This document shows, piece after piece, positions 1 to 9,356 of a DNA stretch of 64,000 nt. The translations under genes and the position numbers were made by a program. Source of the DNA: Escherichia coli (GTDB taxonomy: Bacteria; Pseudomonadota; Gammaproteobacteria; Enterobacterales; Enterobacteriaceae). Each line of letters opens with the position of its first letter. Within the stretch, counting starts at the first letter, position 1. The notes below the pieces were generated by a model. The model made no database searches. It saw only the letters and a program-made list of their open reading frames with translations, and had not been told where the DNA came from. The DNA lies in the NCBI RefSeq assembly GCF_003790525.1, contig NZ_CP033635.1, one strand, 5' to 3'.

Positions 1-1338
1 GGTCTGCCCGCACTGTGGGGGATGGTGAGTGGTGCGGTGGGCGCACTTGGCGGGGCGCTGGGTTTTCTGTTAAGTCCGGTGGGCCTTGTGGTGGCGACAC
101 TGGTCGGTGCGGCAGTGCTTATCTGGCGGCACTGGGACCAGCTGAAGGCTGTCGTGGGCGGGTTCTTGTCCGGCCTGTGGCAGGGGCTTACGCCACTGCG
201 CGAGGCTGTGGCACCACTGGGACCGCTGTTTGAGTATGTCGGGCAGACAATCGGGCGTGTGTGGCAGTGGTTCGTGGATTTGTTCGCGCCGGTAAGCACA
301 ACAAAGGATGAGCTGGACAAGTGCACGGAAGCCGGGCGTACGTTCGGGCAGAAGGTAGGGGAGTTTATCAGCAATCTGGTGACCGGTCCGGTTACGCTGC
401 TGATTGACTCATTAACCCGGGTGCTGGAAAAACTCGGGCTGATTCCGTCGGCGGTTGAGCGCGCCCGGAAAAAGGCGGAAGAACTAAAACAGAAGGAGTT
501 GCTGAACGAGAAAGCTGCCATGCTTCTGGCGGATGTTAACGTCATTAATCCGCCGAAAAAGGACGAGGATAAAAAAGACGGCGAAAAACCCAAAGGGGGG
601 CAACCACCCCTGACGGGGGAGAATACCGGCACTATGCGCCGCCTGAACAAAATCGTCGATAACACCGGTGGTCTGCTGGATGAGGCGAAACAGGCGAAAA
701 AACGCGCTGGTCCCGGCGATATTATCTTTAAAAACCTGCCGGAAGCGCTGGCCGTTCGTGGTGAGTGGAAGGAGGAACGCTTTAACCGAGCAGCTTCCCT
801 GTTACCGGGTAGTGTCAGTGAGCCACCTGTCAGACTGCCGCAGGTGCCGTCGGTCAGTGTGCCTTCGTTGCCACCGCTGCCAGCGCCACCGCCTGTCAGT
901 GTTTCGCCGCTGATATCCACCACGGCGAACGTGTCGCCGGTCGTGAAGCCGGTGGTGTCCGTGAATAATGTGCCGGTTATTCCTCCGGTCGTCCGTCCGG
1001 TACTGTCCGGTAATATTACGCCAGTGGTTCCGCCGGTGATCAAACCGGTTATGACTCACGATGTCATGCCGACGTTCTCCCCGCTAATGACACCAGTGAT
1101 GGCGGCAACATCCCGTCCGGTGGTTGAGGCTGTGCGCCAGCCCATATCCCCCGCATCGCCCCGACCGCGCCAGAGTGAGCCGGCACCATGGGGATTAACT
1201 GGCGAACTGCATATTCACCTGCATGATGTTCACACGCAAAACCCGCGCGAACTGGCAAAAATGGTGGGTGATGCCGTCCGTGCGGAAATGGAACGCCGTA
1301 TCCGCCAGACAGTCGGTAGTTTCCGTGACAGAGATTAG
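1..1338 (+). CDS. phage tail tape measure protein, C-terminal part (P2 gpT-like); 5' end outside window
   Basis: Frame is open from base 1; Pro/Val-rich C-terminal region; lies immediately upstream of a gpU-like gene as in P2 T-U; family recognised from memory, no search. Confidence 0.7.
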   Translation, partial: GLPALWGMVSGAVGALGGALGFLLSPVGLVVATLVGAAVLIWRHWDQLKAVVGGFLSGLWQGLTPLREAVAPLGPLFEYVGQTIGRVWQWFVDLFAPVSTTKDELDKCTEAGRTFGQKVGEFISNLVTGPVTLLIDSLTRVLEKLGLIPSAVERARKKAEELKQKELLNEKAAMLLADVNVINPPKKDEDKKDGEKPKGGQPPLTGENTGTMRRLNKIVDNTGGLLDEAKQAKKRAGPGDIIFKNLPEALAVRGEWKEERFNRAASLLPGSVSEPPVRLPQVPSVSVPSLPPLPAPPPVSVSPLISTTANVSPVVKPVVSVNNVPVIPPVVRPVLSGNITPVVPPVIKPVMTHDVMPTFSPLMTPVMAATSRPVVEAVRQPISPASPRPRQSEPAPWGLTGELHIHLHDVHTQNPRELAKMVGDAVRAEMERRIRQTVGSFRDRD

Positions 1339-1349
1339 GAGTACCTCTC

Positions 1350-1838
1350 ATGATGATGATTTACGGCATGTTTGTTTTTGAGTTGCGTACGCTGCCTCAT
1401 CAACAACTGCAACATAATAAAACCTGGCGCCACGTTAAAAATGAACGCATCAATCGTTCGGCCAGCTGGCAGTATATCGGGGCGGGTGACGACCAGATCA
1501 CGTTGTCCGGTGTGCTTTATCCCGAAATTACCGGCGGTGAGGTTTCCCTCAGCCTTTTAACGACGCAGGCTTACACTGGTCGCCCATGGCCGCTGATTGA
1601 CGGTGTGGGGCAGATATACGGCATGTATGTGATAACGGCTGTCCGCACAACGCGAAGCGAACTTGACCGCCACGGTAAGGCCAAAAAAATTGAGTTCACT
1701 GTCAGTCTGGAACGCTGTGATGAGGATTTGCGGGAGAGTATGGCCTCGTCGCCGGTGTCTGATATGCTTTCGGGAATGAAAGGGAAGTTAAGTTCGGTCT
1801 GGAATACCACAGTAAGCGGCGTAAATGATCTGATGTGA
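1350..1838 (+). CDS. phage tail protein U (P2 gpU-like)
   Basis: 162-aa ORF; N-terminal MMMIYGMFVFELRT... and WRHVKNERINRSASWQYIGAGDDQITLSG resemble P2 GpU family; directly follows the tape-measure gene. Confidence 0.75.
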   Translation: MMMIYGMFVFELRTLPHQQLQHNKTWRHVKNERINRSASWQYIGAGDDQITLSGVLYPEITGGEVSLSLLTTQAYTGRPWPLIDGVGQIYGMYVITAVRTTRSELDRHGKAKKIEFTVSLERCDEDLRESMASSPVSDMLSGMKGKLSSVWNTTVSGVNDLM

Positions 1839-1845
1839 AGGTAAT

Positions 1846-1865
1846 GTGCCGCATTCTTGCGGCAC
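1846..1865. terminator. 8-bp stem hairpin (GTGCCGCA-TTCT-TGCGGCAC) between convergent gpU and tail fibre assembly genes
   Basis: Perfect inverted repeat read directly in the 70-bp gap between the two convergent stop codons; no strong U-tract. Confidence 0.4.
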
Positions 1866-1908
1866 CTGCATGATGAATTATTTATGAATGCCCGTTCCTT
1901 TTCCCCGC

Positions 1909-2520
1909 TCATTCCATTTCTGGTGGTGTTTCCGGCCAGCTTATTTCAGGCTCCGTGCTGATATCCAGTGCGTTCAGCTCGTCGATATAATCCAGCACGG
2001 CATTCAGTTTTGCCGTTTCTTCTGGTGTCAGACTGCGACCTGCCCGCAACTTAAGGTTGATGAGGTCGATGGACTTCATCGCCTGATCCACCCGTTCCTT
2101 GCGTTGCTGTCTGGCAACCTCCAGCTCTTCGGCTTGCTGCCGTTCTGTATCGGTTACCCACGCCTCACCGTTCCAGGTATCCCATGGTGTGGCAGGCTGT
2201 TTTGTCGTTGTCCCTTCCGGGTAGTCACCTGGTTGGGTAATCTGGACCGGATTACCGTTCTCTGTGCTGTATACCGTCTCTCCACGATGATCGGGGACAT
2301 ACTCCCACCCGTCCAGCGTGGACGTCCGGCAAATCACGTAACCCGGCATTGCCTCTGGCGGGGCATCGGCGCATGAATGTGCCGGGGTACCCACCCCCAG
2401 GGCGAGATACTCCACAGAGGATGAGGTGTATTCCCGGGTTTCCTCATCATAGTGATATACAGTGATATCGCCTGCGAAAGTGGCGATACCGTTTTCATCC
2501 AGAACTGCAGTGTTACTCAT
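1909..2520 (-). CDS. phage tail fibre assembly protein (P2 gpG-like)
   Basis: 203-aa ORF immediately downstream of the tail fibre gene, start overlapping its stop; typical size and position. Confidence 0.75.
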   Translation of the reverse strand: MSNTAVLDENGIATFAGDITVYHYDEETREYTSSSVEYLALGVGTPAHSCADAPPEAMPGYVICRTSTLDGWEYVPDHRGETVYSTENGNPVQITQPGDYPEGTTTKQPATPWDTWNGEAWVTDTERQQAEELEVARQQRKERVDQAMKSIDLINLKLRAGRSLTPEETAKLNAVLDYIDELNALDISTEPEISWPETPPEME

Positions 2521-4754
2521 TAAACTGCCCTCACAATATAATTAAAAGCGATATTGCGCGGTCTGATCGCTATCCATCTGTCTTTTTCATTACTCACCAG
2601 CTTACCGGCTCTGGCTATTGCCCATCTGTCAACTGGTTTTGTGCCGTACAGGATGCCGTTACCGGTTCTGGGTTGATCAGGGGTTATGTTTATGATGTCG
2701 TTATCATGTGATGCAAATGAAATCCCTGCCTGAATATCTGCACCTCCCGCTACGCCGTGGTACGCCTGTATGGCGGTACAAATATATGTTGCTTCCTGTG
2801 TGGATAACAATAAGCGTCCCCTGTCAATCATTCGCAGGTCATCCCATCCACGAATAAATTCCCCGCGCAAATCTGGTAGCCTGAGGTCAGGGTAGGCCAC
2901 CGCCAGTTTTGGGTATTTTGTACGCGTGAATGCGGCACCGTTGCACTGTAACCACCCCTCAGGTGGTCTTGACGAAGGCCACGGAACGGGTACGCCAACT
3001 GGCAGCGTCGAGCCTTCTCCTAAACCAAAGTAATCAAGAATATCTTTTATGCTTTGTTTACCCATGATGACGCGGGCAACAGACGAAAAAACAGGGGCGT
3101 CTGTGATCTGAGCCCAGCGATGAGTGTGGGCTGCCGAGGCTTTGCTGTTGGCAAGGTCATACGCAGCTTTAACAGCTTTTGGTGTGGCCGCCAGCGTTTC
3201 GGAATTGCTGTTTGTGGCGCTGCTTAGCTGTACGATGCCTTTGCGTCCGGTGGTTGCATCCTGTCCTGTATACTTGCTCGTCAGCATATCGTGTAAGGCT
3301 TTAACCGCTTTGGGGGTGGCGGCCTCAGTCTCTGACTCACTGTTTGTGGCACTGCTCAGCTGTACGGTGCCTTTTGCCGTCAGCGAGGCTGATGGCACAC
3401 CTGTTATCTGATTCCACGGGTGGGTGTGGCTGGCGGGTGCTTTACCGGCTGCAAGGTCATATGCAGCCTTGACGGCTCTTGGTGTGGCCGCCAGCGTTTC
3501 GGAATTGCTGTTTGTATCGCTGCTCAGCTGTACGATGCCTTTGCGTCCAGTTGTTGCATCTGTGTTTGTCACCTCCACCCACTCTGACCATGGGCCGTTA
3601 CCGTTAAAGTTTCCGGTAACTGTCCTGATAAATTTTCGTGGCGGATCCCAGCTCGTGTATTCATGCTGGCAGAATCCCCATGCACCAACACGGATGCGTA
3701 ACTCTCCTGCCTTCTCTACAGGATAGTTTCTGTCTGTTCTCGCACCTGAGTCACTCTGCTGGTAATAATCTCCCGCGTCTTCCTTACGCCCCAGAGTGTT
3801 CAGGTCTGTTTCCCCCAGGGATGTTGTTGGCTTCACGAACGCCATGCTCAGTGCATCACTTACTGCCTTCGGTGTGGCCGCCAGTGTTTCGGAATTGCTG
3901 TTTGTGGCGCTGCTCAGCTGTACGATGCCTTTGCGTCCGGTGGTTGCATCCTGTCCTGTATACTTGCTCGTCACCATATCGTGTAAGGCTTTAACCGCTT
4001 TGGGGGTGGCCGCCTCAGTCTCTGACTCACTGTTTGTGGCACTGCTCAGCTGTACGGTGCCTTTTGCCGTCAGCGAGGCTGATGGCACACCAGTTATCTG
4101 ATTCCACGGGTGGGTGTGGCTGGCGGCTGCTTTACCGGCTGCAAGGTCATATGCAGCCTTGACGGCCTTCGGTGTGGCGGCCAGTGTTTCAGAGGTGCTG
4201 TTTGTGGCGCTGCTCAGTTGGGTGAATCCTTTTTCTGTCAGTGTCGCGTCAGGGTGGTTACGGGAACGTGCGTGTTCCGCCATTTTCTCATCAATGTAGT
4301 CCGTGGTCGGCAGAATTGTTGTTGTGTCCATGACCAGTTCCACCACGGCGTCGGAGGTGACGGTGATTACTGCACGGAATATCTGCGCCCGCCCTGAACC
4401 TTCCTCTCTGGTGGGCTTGTAACTTTCAGCGGTATTTCCTACTGCAATCATTGTACCTGTATCATCAAACACACCAATTTCACGCACCCAGAATCCGCCG
4501 GTTTCAGGAGGAATGACCAGTTCGGCGATGAGGCGGTTCGGGTTCTCCGGGTCGGTGAAGACGCGGTTGACAGACTGGCGCCAAACCTCATTGTAAAGCG
4601 ATGTCTGGTTTTTCTGCGGCTGACGAAGCTCTCCATTGCCGTCCCCTACAGCCATGTGCGTAAGGCGTACAGGTCTACCGCCAGGCGCCGTTGTTGCGGC
4701 CAGCTTTGCCAGCCCGATGTCGGTGATAAGGGTTCTGAATTTTCTCGTGCTCAT
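2520..4754 (-). CDS. phage tail fibre protein (P2 gpH-like) with multiple internal repeats
   Basis: 744-aa ORF; motif TGRKGIVQLSSATNS(N/E)SET(L/E)AATPKAVK repeated at least 6 times (phage tail fibre repeat); position between baseplate I and assembly gene. Confidence 0.85.
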   Translation of the reverse strand: MSTRKFRTLITDIGLAKLAATTAPGGRPVRLTHMAVGDGNGELRQPQKNQTSLYNEVWRQSVNRVFTDPENPNRLIAELVIPPETGGFWVREIGVFDDTGTMIAVGNTAESYKPTREEGSGRAQIFRAVITVTSDAVVELVMDTTTILPTTDYIDEKMAEHARSRNHPDATLTEKGFTQLSSATNSTSETLAATPKAVKAAYDLAAGKAAASHTHPWNQITGVPSASLTAKGTVQLSSATNSESETEAATPKAVKALHDMVTSKYTGQDATTGRKGIVQLSSATNSNSETLAATPKAVSDALSMAFVKPTTSLGETDLNTLGRKEDAGDYYQQSDSGARTDRNYPVEKAGELRIRVGAWGFCQHEYTSWDPPRKFIRTVTGNFNGNGPWSEWVEVTNTDATTGRKGIVQLSSDTNSNSETLAATPRAVKAAYDLAAGKAPASHTHPWNQITGVPSASLTAKGTVQLSSATNSESETEAATPKAVKALHDMLTSKYTGQDATTGRKGIVQLSSATNSNSETLAATPKAVKAAYDLANSKASAAHTHRWAQITDAPVFSSVARVIMGKQSIKDILDYFGLGEGSTLPVGVPVPWPSSRPPEGWLQCNGAAFTRTKYPKLAVAYPDLRLPDLRGEFIRGWDDLRMIDRGRLLLSTQEATYICTAIQAYHGVAGGADIQAGISFASHDNDIINITPDQPRTGNGILYGTKPVDRWAIARAGKLVSNEKDRWIAIRPRNIAFNYIVRAV
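3181..3480. repeat. ~300-bp direct repeat unit, copy 1, inside tail fibre gene
   Basis: Near-identical to 3871-4170 (690 bp downstream) by direct comparison of the sequence lines; partial further copies begin at 3481 and 4171. Confidence 0.8.
3871..4170. repeat. ~300-bp direct repeat unit, copy 2, inside tail fibre gene
   Basis: Near-identical to 3181-3480; only a few substitutions seen. Confidence 0.8.
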
Positions 4755-4757
4755 GGT

Positions 4758-5321
4758 TCAGTCTTCCGGGTAAATGGTGATGATGTCGCCGTCGTAACCT
4801 GCGGCAGCGGCGTAAATGGCACCGTGTATTTCCTGGATGATACTAAGCCCCACGAGGTGGCGGCTGACGGGGCGCGCATCGGCAATCAGACGCTCCATTT
4901 CTTCATGCAGCTCTTCACTTACTCCGGTTTCAAGTGTGCCAATCTCAATGGTGAAGGTCCCGGGCGAGCCGTCAAACTCCCACCATTCTGATACACGGAT
5001 GAGGTAGCCCAGTGGTTCAACGATGCGGCGGAGTGCACTGATGGTCCCTTTGTGGCGATGTATCATCCATGCGTCCCGAATCACCTGTCGCCTGGTCTCT
5101 TCCGGCCAGTTGCGGTCCCAGCTGTCAACGGAACATGCCCATGCAAGGTAGGGCAGGAGGTGAGCAGGGCAGCGGTCCGGCGACCACAGGGTGTCGGCGT
5201 CCACCGGTATGGTACTGATGCGTACTCCTGTCGCCTCTGTGGCGCGCATGAATGGCCCTGCGGACGGTGGAAGCAGTGATGTACTGTGCTGTGCGCTGTC
5301 TGTTTTTTTCCTGTCACTCAT
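4758..5321 (-). CDS. phage baseplate/tail protein I (P2 gpI-like)
   Basis: ORF 4758-5375; start placed at internal Met (MSDRKK...) next to the J stop; position between J and tail fibre as in P2. Confidence 0.7.
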   Translation of the reverse strand: MSDRKKTDSAQHSTSLLPPSAGPFMRATEATGVRISTIPVDADTLWSPDRCPAHLLPYLAWACSVDSWDRNWPEETRRQVIRDAWMIHRHKGTISALRRIVEPLGYLIRVSEWWEFDGSPGTFTIEIGTLETGVSEELHEEMERLIADARPVSRHLVGLSIIQEIHGAIYAAAAGYDGDIITIYPED

Positions 5322-6210
5322 TGCGTCCTCCTTCGCTGATGCTGAATGTGGTACATCTGGCTGCCTGAGTGTCACTGATGGTGATGTTCTGCGTGGGTTT
5401 TATGACCTCAACGCGCTGGACACCGTGAACATGCAGCGCTGCAGTGATGGCTGACAGGGCCACGTCCTGACCGATACGGCCCTGGTCTGCCAGCCATGCA
5501 CGGAAAGCGGCGTCAGCGGCCGCAAGCATGGGTTCAGACTCCGGCCCTGGATAAAAATACAGCTTCGCTTCCATTACCCAGTTCACGATGGTAGCACTCT
5601 GCACAGTCAGGCGGTCGGCAACCGGGCGCACGTTCTCGGCATTCAGGGCGGTGCGCACCGTGTTCAGTAACGCCTCACCGGCGGTGCCGTCACCGTCTGC
5701 TGACAGGATGGAGACGGTGACTGTGGCCGGTGACGGGCTGATGGCGCGCGCATCACGGACAAGACCGCTTGCGCTCCGGGCAAAATACTCATACGCGCCG
5801 GACGGTCCGGCCACACTCAGGCCGTCCCAGGCTGACTGGGCACGCAGACGCAGCGATGTGTCGCTTTCCATCACTGCTTCCGTGGTATCAGTGGCCGGAT
5901 GAATGACCAGGCGGCGGGTGTTGTTGTTGGCGGCCAGATTGTCCAGGTCACTGCCCCGGCTGTGGCTGAGCATGCAGGCGCGGGCGGCTTCATTGATGCG
6001 CTGGCGAAGCAGCATTTCACGAAAGGCCATGGCCTGGGAAATGATGTTCAATGGCTCGGATTCCAGAGTAAGGGCACGGGTGACGGCGGCGCGGTATTCT
6101 TCCGGGAAGGAGCTCACCATCATGGTTTTAATGTCTGCCAGGATGGACTCAAAATCCGGCTGCGCGATGATGGCCGGTTCCGGTAACTGTGACAGGTCAA
6201 CGGAAGGCAT
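5314..6210 (-). CDS. phage baseplate assembly protein J (P2 gpJ-like)
   Basis: 298-aa ORF (P2 J is about 300 aa); position between W and I. Confidence 0.8.
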   Translation of the reverse strand: MPSVDLSQLPEPAIIAQPDFESILADIKTMMVSSFPEEYRAAVTRALTLESEPLNIISQAMAFREMLLRQRINEAARACMLSHSRGSDLDNLAANNNTRRLVIHPATDTTEAVMESDTSLRLRAQSAWDGLSVAGPSGAYEYFARSASGLVRDARAISPSPATVTVSILSADGDGTAGEALLNTVRTALNAENVRPVADRLTVQSATIVNWVMEAKLYFYPGPESEPMLAAADAAFRAWLADQGRIGQDVALSAITAALHVHGVQRVEVIKPTQNITISDTQAARCTTFSISEGGRNE

Positions 6211-6213
6211 GAT

Positions 6214-6564
6214 TTACTCCCTCAGGGTGATACTGAATGTGATGTTCTGCATGGTTTCGGTGATGATGCCGGATAACGTCACCACGGCGCGTCCGCCAGC
6301 CCGCCAGTTCACATCGACGTTCTGCAGTGCTATACGGGGTTCATGGCGCGCCAGCGCAGTCACCGTGGCGCTCATGCACTGTAAACGCGTGGTGTCGTTC
6401 ATGGGCTCGTCGATGAGGTCCGGTAACAGGCTGCCGTATTCGCGGCGCATCACCCGGCTGCCTGGCGGTGTGGTCAGGATATCCCGCACGCTGTTTTTCA
6501 GGTGTTCGCTGTCGCTCAGCGTGCCGGTTCCCTGCGGGTTCATCCCCCTGTAAACAGCGGTCAT
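6214..6564 (-). CDS. phage baseplate protein W (gpW/gp25-like)
   Basis: ORF 6214-6729; start placed at internal Met (MTAVYRGM...) giving ~116 aa, overlapping the V stop; P2 synteny. Confidence 0.75.
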   Translation of the reverse strand: MTAVYRGMNPQGTGTLSDSEHLKNSVRDILTTPPGSRVMRREYGSLLPDLIDEPMNDTTRLQCMSATVTALARHEPRIALQNVDVNWRAGGRAVVTLSGIITETMQNITFSITLRE

Positions 6565-7142
6565 TGCGGGCCTCCCGTGGTGCCCGGGCCCGTCCTGACG
6601 CCACCGTGGGTGTGCGTATGAACGGTGATACCGTTGGATGTCAGGCTGCCGCCGCTGTGGGATATGCTGCCGCGCATCTCGCCGCCGTTCTGCACCTCCA
6701 GGGTGGCGGTGATAAGTTTGCGGGTACACACCACCTCCGACGTGTCCAGGGTGATGCGCGTGTCGGCCTGAATGCTGGCTGTTTTAATCCCCTTAACCTC
6801 CAGTGCACCGGCGTCTGCATCGTAGCGGAATACCGCACCGTCCGGTGCTGTCATGATGATTTCCTTCAGTGTGCTGCCCGGTGCCGGGATATCATCGCTC
6901 CAGAGGCTGCCGATGATTATCGCGGTTTCGGGATTACCACCGATACAGACGAACGCCACCTGTTCACCGGTGGCTGGCGGCACCCAGACACTGAACGCGC
7001 CCGCCCGCGCGGTGCTCCAGCGAAGCCAGCCTGTCTCCAGTCCGCCACTGCGCACCCGGACCTCCCAGGTCTGCGGGTTCACGTCGAAAATCACGCCGGT
7101 TCTGATGATGTTGCTGATAAGGCGCATTAATTCCGCGTTCAT
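6561..7142 (-). CDS. phage baseplate assembly protein V (spike, P2 gpV-like)
   Basis: 193-aa ORF; Gly-rich C-terminus; between S and W. Confidence 0.75.
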   Translation of the reverse strand: MNAELMRLISNIIRTGVIFDVNPQTWEVRVRSGGLETGWLRWSTARAGAFSVWVPPATGEQVAFVCIGGNPETAIIIGSLWSDDIPAPGSTLKEIIMTAPDGAVFRYDADAGALEVKGIKTASIQADTRITLDTSEVVCTRKLITATLEVQNGGEMRGSISHSGGSLTSNGITVHTHTHGGVRTGPGTTGGPQ

Positions 7143-7795
7143 GCCACAGCCCTCGCGATATTGTCCATAATGATACGCTGAATAAGTCGTTCATCTGCCG
7201 GTGTTATTCCAAGAAGTTCACGGGCCGGATAATCCGTATACATCCCTGCGGCCACCCGGTCGCGCTCCCCGAACTGGTGAACGCGGGCAATGCGTGCCGC
7301 CACGCCGCTGTAGCCCACCGTCACGCCTGATGCGTCCGCCTTCACTTTCAGATAACGGGCCGTGCGCAGCTTCGCAAACATCGGCACCGTTTTTGTGGTG
7401 TCACGGTTGATGCGGCGTGTCCTGATTTCAAGGAAACGGAGGATATCACTCCGGTAAAAGGTACGTATGCCGCTCCGGTCTTCATCCCAGCCGGTGATGG
7501 TCTGGCCGTATTTTCCTGAACCGTGATGCCAGTTTTTCAGGGTGCGGTTCTGGTTTTGCCAGATAAAGCTGATGCGCTCCTGAAGGCGTGATATACGGCG
7601 TTTACGGCGTGTCCACACCGAACCGTCCGGCGCTTTCTGGGCGCGCATCCGGCTCTGGTTCACGCGCCGCAGCTCCTTACCCACATGCGCGGCAATGCGC
7701 TTCACTGCCTGCGGGCTGGTTGCCAGCCGGATATTGACAAACATGTTACTCATTCCTTCAGCGGGAACGAGGTTACGGTATCTCAGTTTCCCCAT
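7139..7795 (-). CDS. phage virion morphogenesis / tail completion protein (P2 gpS-like); start uncertain
   Basis: ORF 218 aa, longer than P2 S; internal Met candidates near 7753; position between R and V. Confidence 0.65.
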   Translation of the reverse strand: MGKLRYRNLVPAEGMSNMFVNIRLATSPQAVKRIAAHVGKELRRVNQSRMRAQKAPDGSVWTRRKRRISRLQERISFIWQNQNRTLKNWHHGSGKYGQTITGWDEDRSGIRTFYRSDILRFLEIRTRRINRDTTKTVPMFAKLRTARYLKVKADASGVTVGYSGVAARIARVHQFGERDRVAAGMYTDYPARELLGITPADERLIQRIIMDNIARAVA

Positions 7796-7810
7796 AACAT
7801 TCTCCGCGTG

Positions 7811-8275
7811 TTATCCGGTGACAATGTTCCACGTCACATCCTCCAGAATGTGTGACCAGTCGCCGTCCTGCGGGATGCGTGATTTCGGCTCCGGTAGATG
7901 TTCTGTCATGAGGGTGCCGTCATCCCTGCGGGTGACGCGCACGCGTTCACGTAACGGCAGCTCAAACAGCACGTCCGCGCTGTCGTCGTCGTTAATGGCC
8001 GCCGTGAACTGAATATCGTTGTTGCGCTCAGGATTAAGCAGCAACTGCGGCTGGTTCTCTGCCAGCCAGACAATCAGTGGAAGCGTCAGGTTGTCCAGAT
8101 CGCCCGTGTAGTCCATCACGAACATCACCAGCCGGTAGTTGTACACGAACGTCGGCGTCTCGCCGGTGGTCTCTATCCCGCCACGTTCAATGAACACGGT
8201 GAACTTTTCCGGGTTGGCCCTGCACCACCGGCACGCTGTACTCATGTGTGTGCTCAGGGATTTACTTTTCAGCAT
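7811..8275 (-). CDS. phage tail completion protein (P2 gpR-like)
   Basis: ORF 7811-8359; start at internal Met gives ~154 aa, matching gpR size; position after the lysis cassette. Confidence 0.7.
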   Translation of the reverse strand: MLKSKSLSTHMSTACRWCRANPEKFTVFIERGGIETTGETPTFVYNYRLVMFVMDYTGDLDNLTLPLIVWLAENQPQLLLNPERNNDIQFTAAINDDDSADVLFELPLRERVRVTRRDDGTLMTEHLPEPKSRIPQDGDWSHILEDVTWNIVTG

Positions 8276-8576
8276 GCGCCTCTCCGTTCTGTCGGTTGAG
8301 TCTCCGGCGCTCCATCGCCTCAATGGCCCGTTTGTCTGCGTTGCAGGTTTCCAGTGCATCCAGGAGGCTGTCGCTCCATATCCCGATATTTCCCCAGGTG
8401 GGGTGTTCAGGGAAGGGCGGGGGCCGTGTTCCCGTCGTCAGTCCCGCCGGAATGAACCGGAAGGAGGGCGCGGGCAGTGGCGCGTTCCGTGTGTTCGCGC
8501 AGCCGGTCAGTAAAACGGTGGTCAGGAAGAGTGCCGGCGCACTCATCCGTCGCAGCAATTTCGCGAAGCTGTTCAC
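8262..8576 (-). CDS. o-spanin lipoprotein (Rz1/LysC-like)
   Basis: Signal peptide with lipobox LLTGC; Pro-rich; embedded out of frame in the 3' part of the i-spanin gene. Confidence 0.65.
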   Translation of the reverse strand: MNSFAKLLRRMSAPALFLTTVLLTGCANTRNAPLPAPSFRFIPAGLTTGTRPPPFPEHPTWGNIGIWSDSLLDALETCNADKRAIEAMERRRLNRQNGEAHAEK

Positions 8577-8814
8577 GTCTGACTTCTCCTTCCTGTGCCC
8601 TTTTCTGTCGCTGCGTCATCACCTCATGCAGTACGGCGGAGGCATCGCTGATAACGGCGGAGGACTCACGCAGCGCCCGGCTGTATTCGCCCAGCTGCTG
8701 CTCTGCGGCGTCACGTGCCTCACCGGCACGCCCCAGCCGGTATGACTGCCACATGGCCGCCGCCGTCAGGGTGGTCACCATGAGGGCAACAATCACGGCG
8801 TAAACCGGTCTCAT
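8407..8814 (-). CDS. i-spanin (Rz/LysB-like)
   Basis: N-terminal TM segment (AVIVALMVTTLTAAAMW) followed by charged helical region; immediately downstream of endolysin; overlaps the o-spanin gene. Confidence 0.65.
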   Translation of the reverse strand: MRPVYAVIVALMVTTLTAAAMWQSYRLGRAGEARDAAEQQLGEYSRALRESSAVISDASAVLHEVMTQRQKRAQEGEVRREQLREIAATDECAGTLPDHRFTDRLREHTERATARALLPVHSGGTDDGNTAPALP

Positions 8815-9356
8815 GTGCTGCCTCCCGTGTCGCGAAGACACCACTGTCTGAACTCCTCCCGGCGGTTAACCAGCCCCTGTGAGCGGCGTCCGCCACTGTT
8901 GACAAAATCGGTCAGTCTCCCGCACATCGCCACCCAGCGGTGCGCCTGTGCGTGCTTCCAGATGGTGGTGCGCTGCCGGTTGCCGCTCCTGTCCCGGTAC
9001 CACATCAGGCCGGTACAGCCGACGTTGAACGCCGCGTCGGTCATCGCCTCAAAGGCGGACTGGGGCATGGCGGCACCGCTGAAGTTCTGGTTGATACAGT
9101 TTTCCGCGTGCCGCAGGTCATTCACCCAGCGGCGGGCCACCTCCTTTTCTCCGTAAACCCGGTTCTCCACGCCCCCTGTTGAACCACATCCCACGGTCAT
9201 TACTCCTGCAATATCACGGTACGGTGTCGCCCGGCACTCTTCCCGGGTGGCGATTTTTATCTGTGCTTCCCGTGAGGTTCTCAGTTCACCGGGTGCCATG
9301 GAGACGCCCAGCGCCACAATGGCCGCCACCGCATAACGTTTTACCGGCAGTTTCAC
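8811..9356 (-). CDS. phage endolysin (lysozyme-type), possibly with N-terminal signal-anchor-release segment
   Basis: 181-aa ORF between holin and spanins; Gly/Ala-rich hydrophobic N-terminus (AVAAIVALGVSMAPG). Confidence 0.75.
   Translation of the reverse strand: MKLPVKRYAVAAIVALGVSMAPGELRTSREAQIKIATREECRATPYRDIAGVMTVGCGSTGGVENRVYGEKEVARRWVNDLRHAENCINQNFSGAAMPQSAFEAMTDAAFNVGCTGLMWYRDRSGNRQRTTIWKHAQAHRWVAMCGRLTDFVNSGGRRSQGLVNRREEFRQWCLRDTGGST

Noticed and set aside
3124-4299. Series of ~95-100-aa plus-strand ORFs with near-identical sequences
   Set aside because: They are reverse-frame echoes of the repeated tail-fibre coding units on the minus strand, not independent genes
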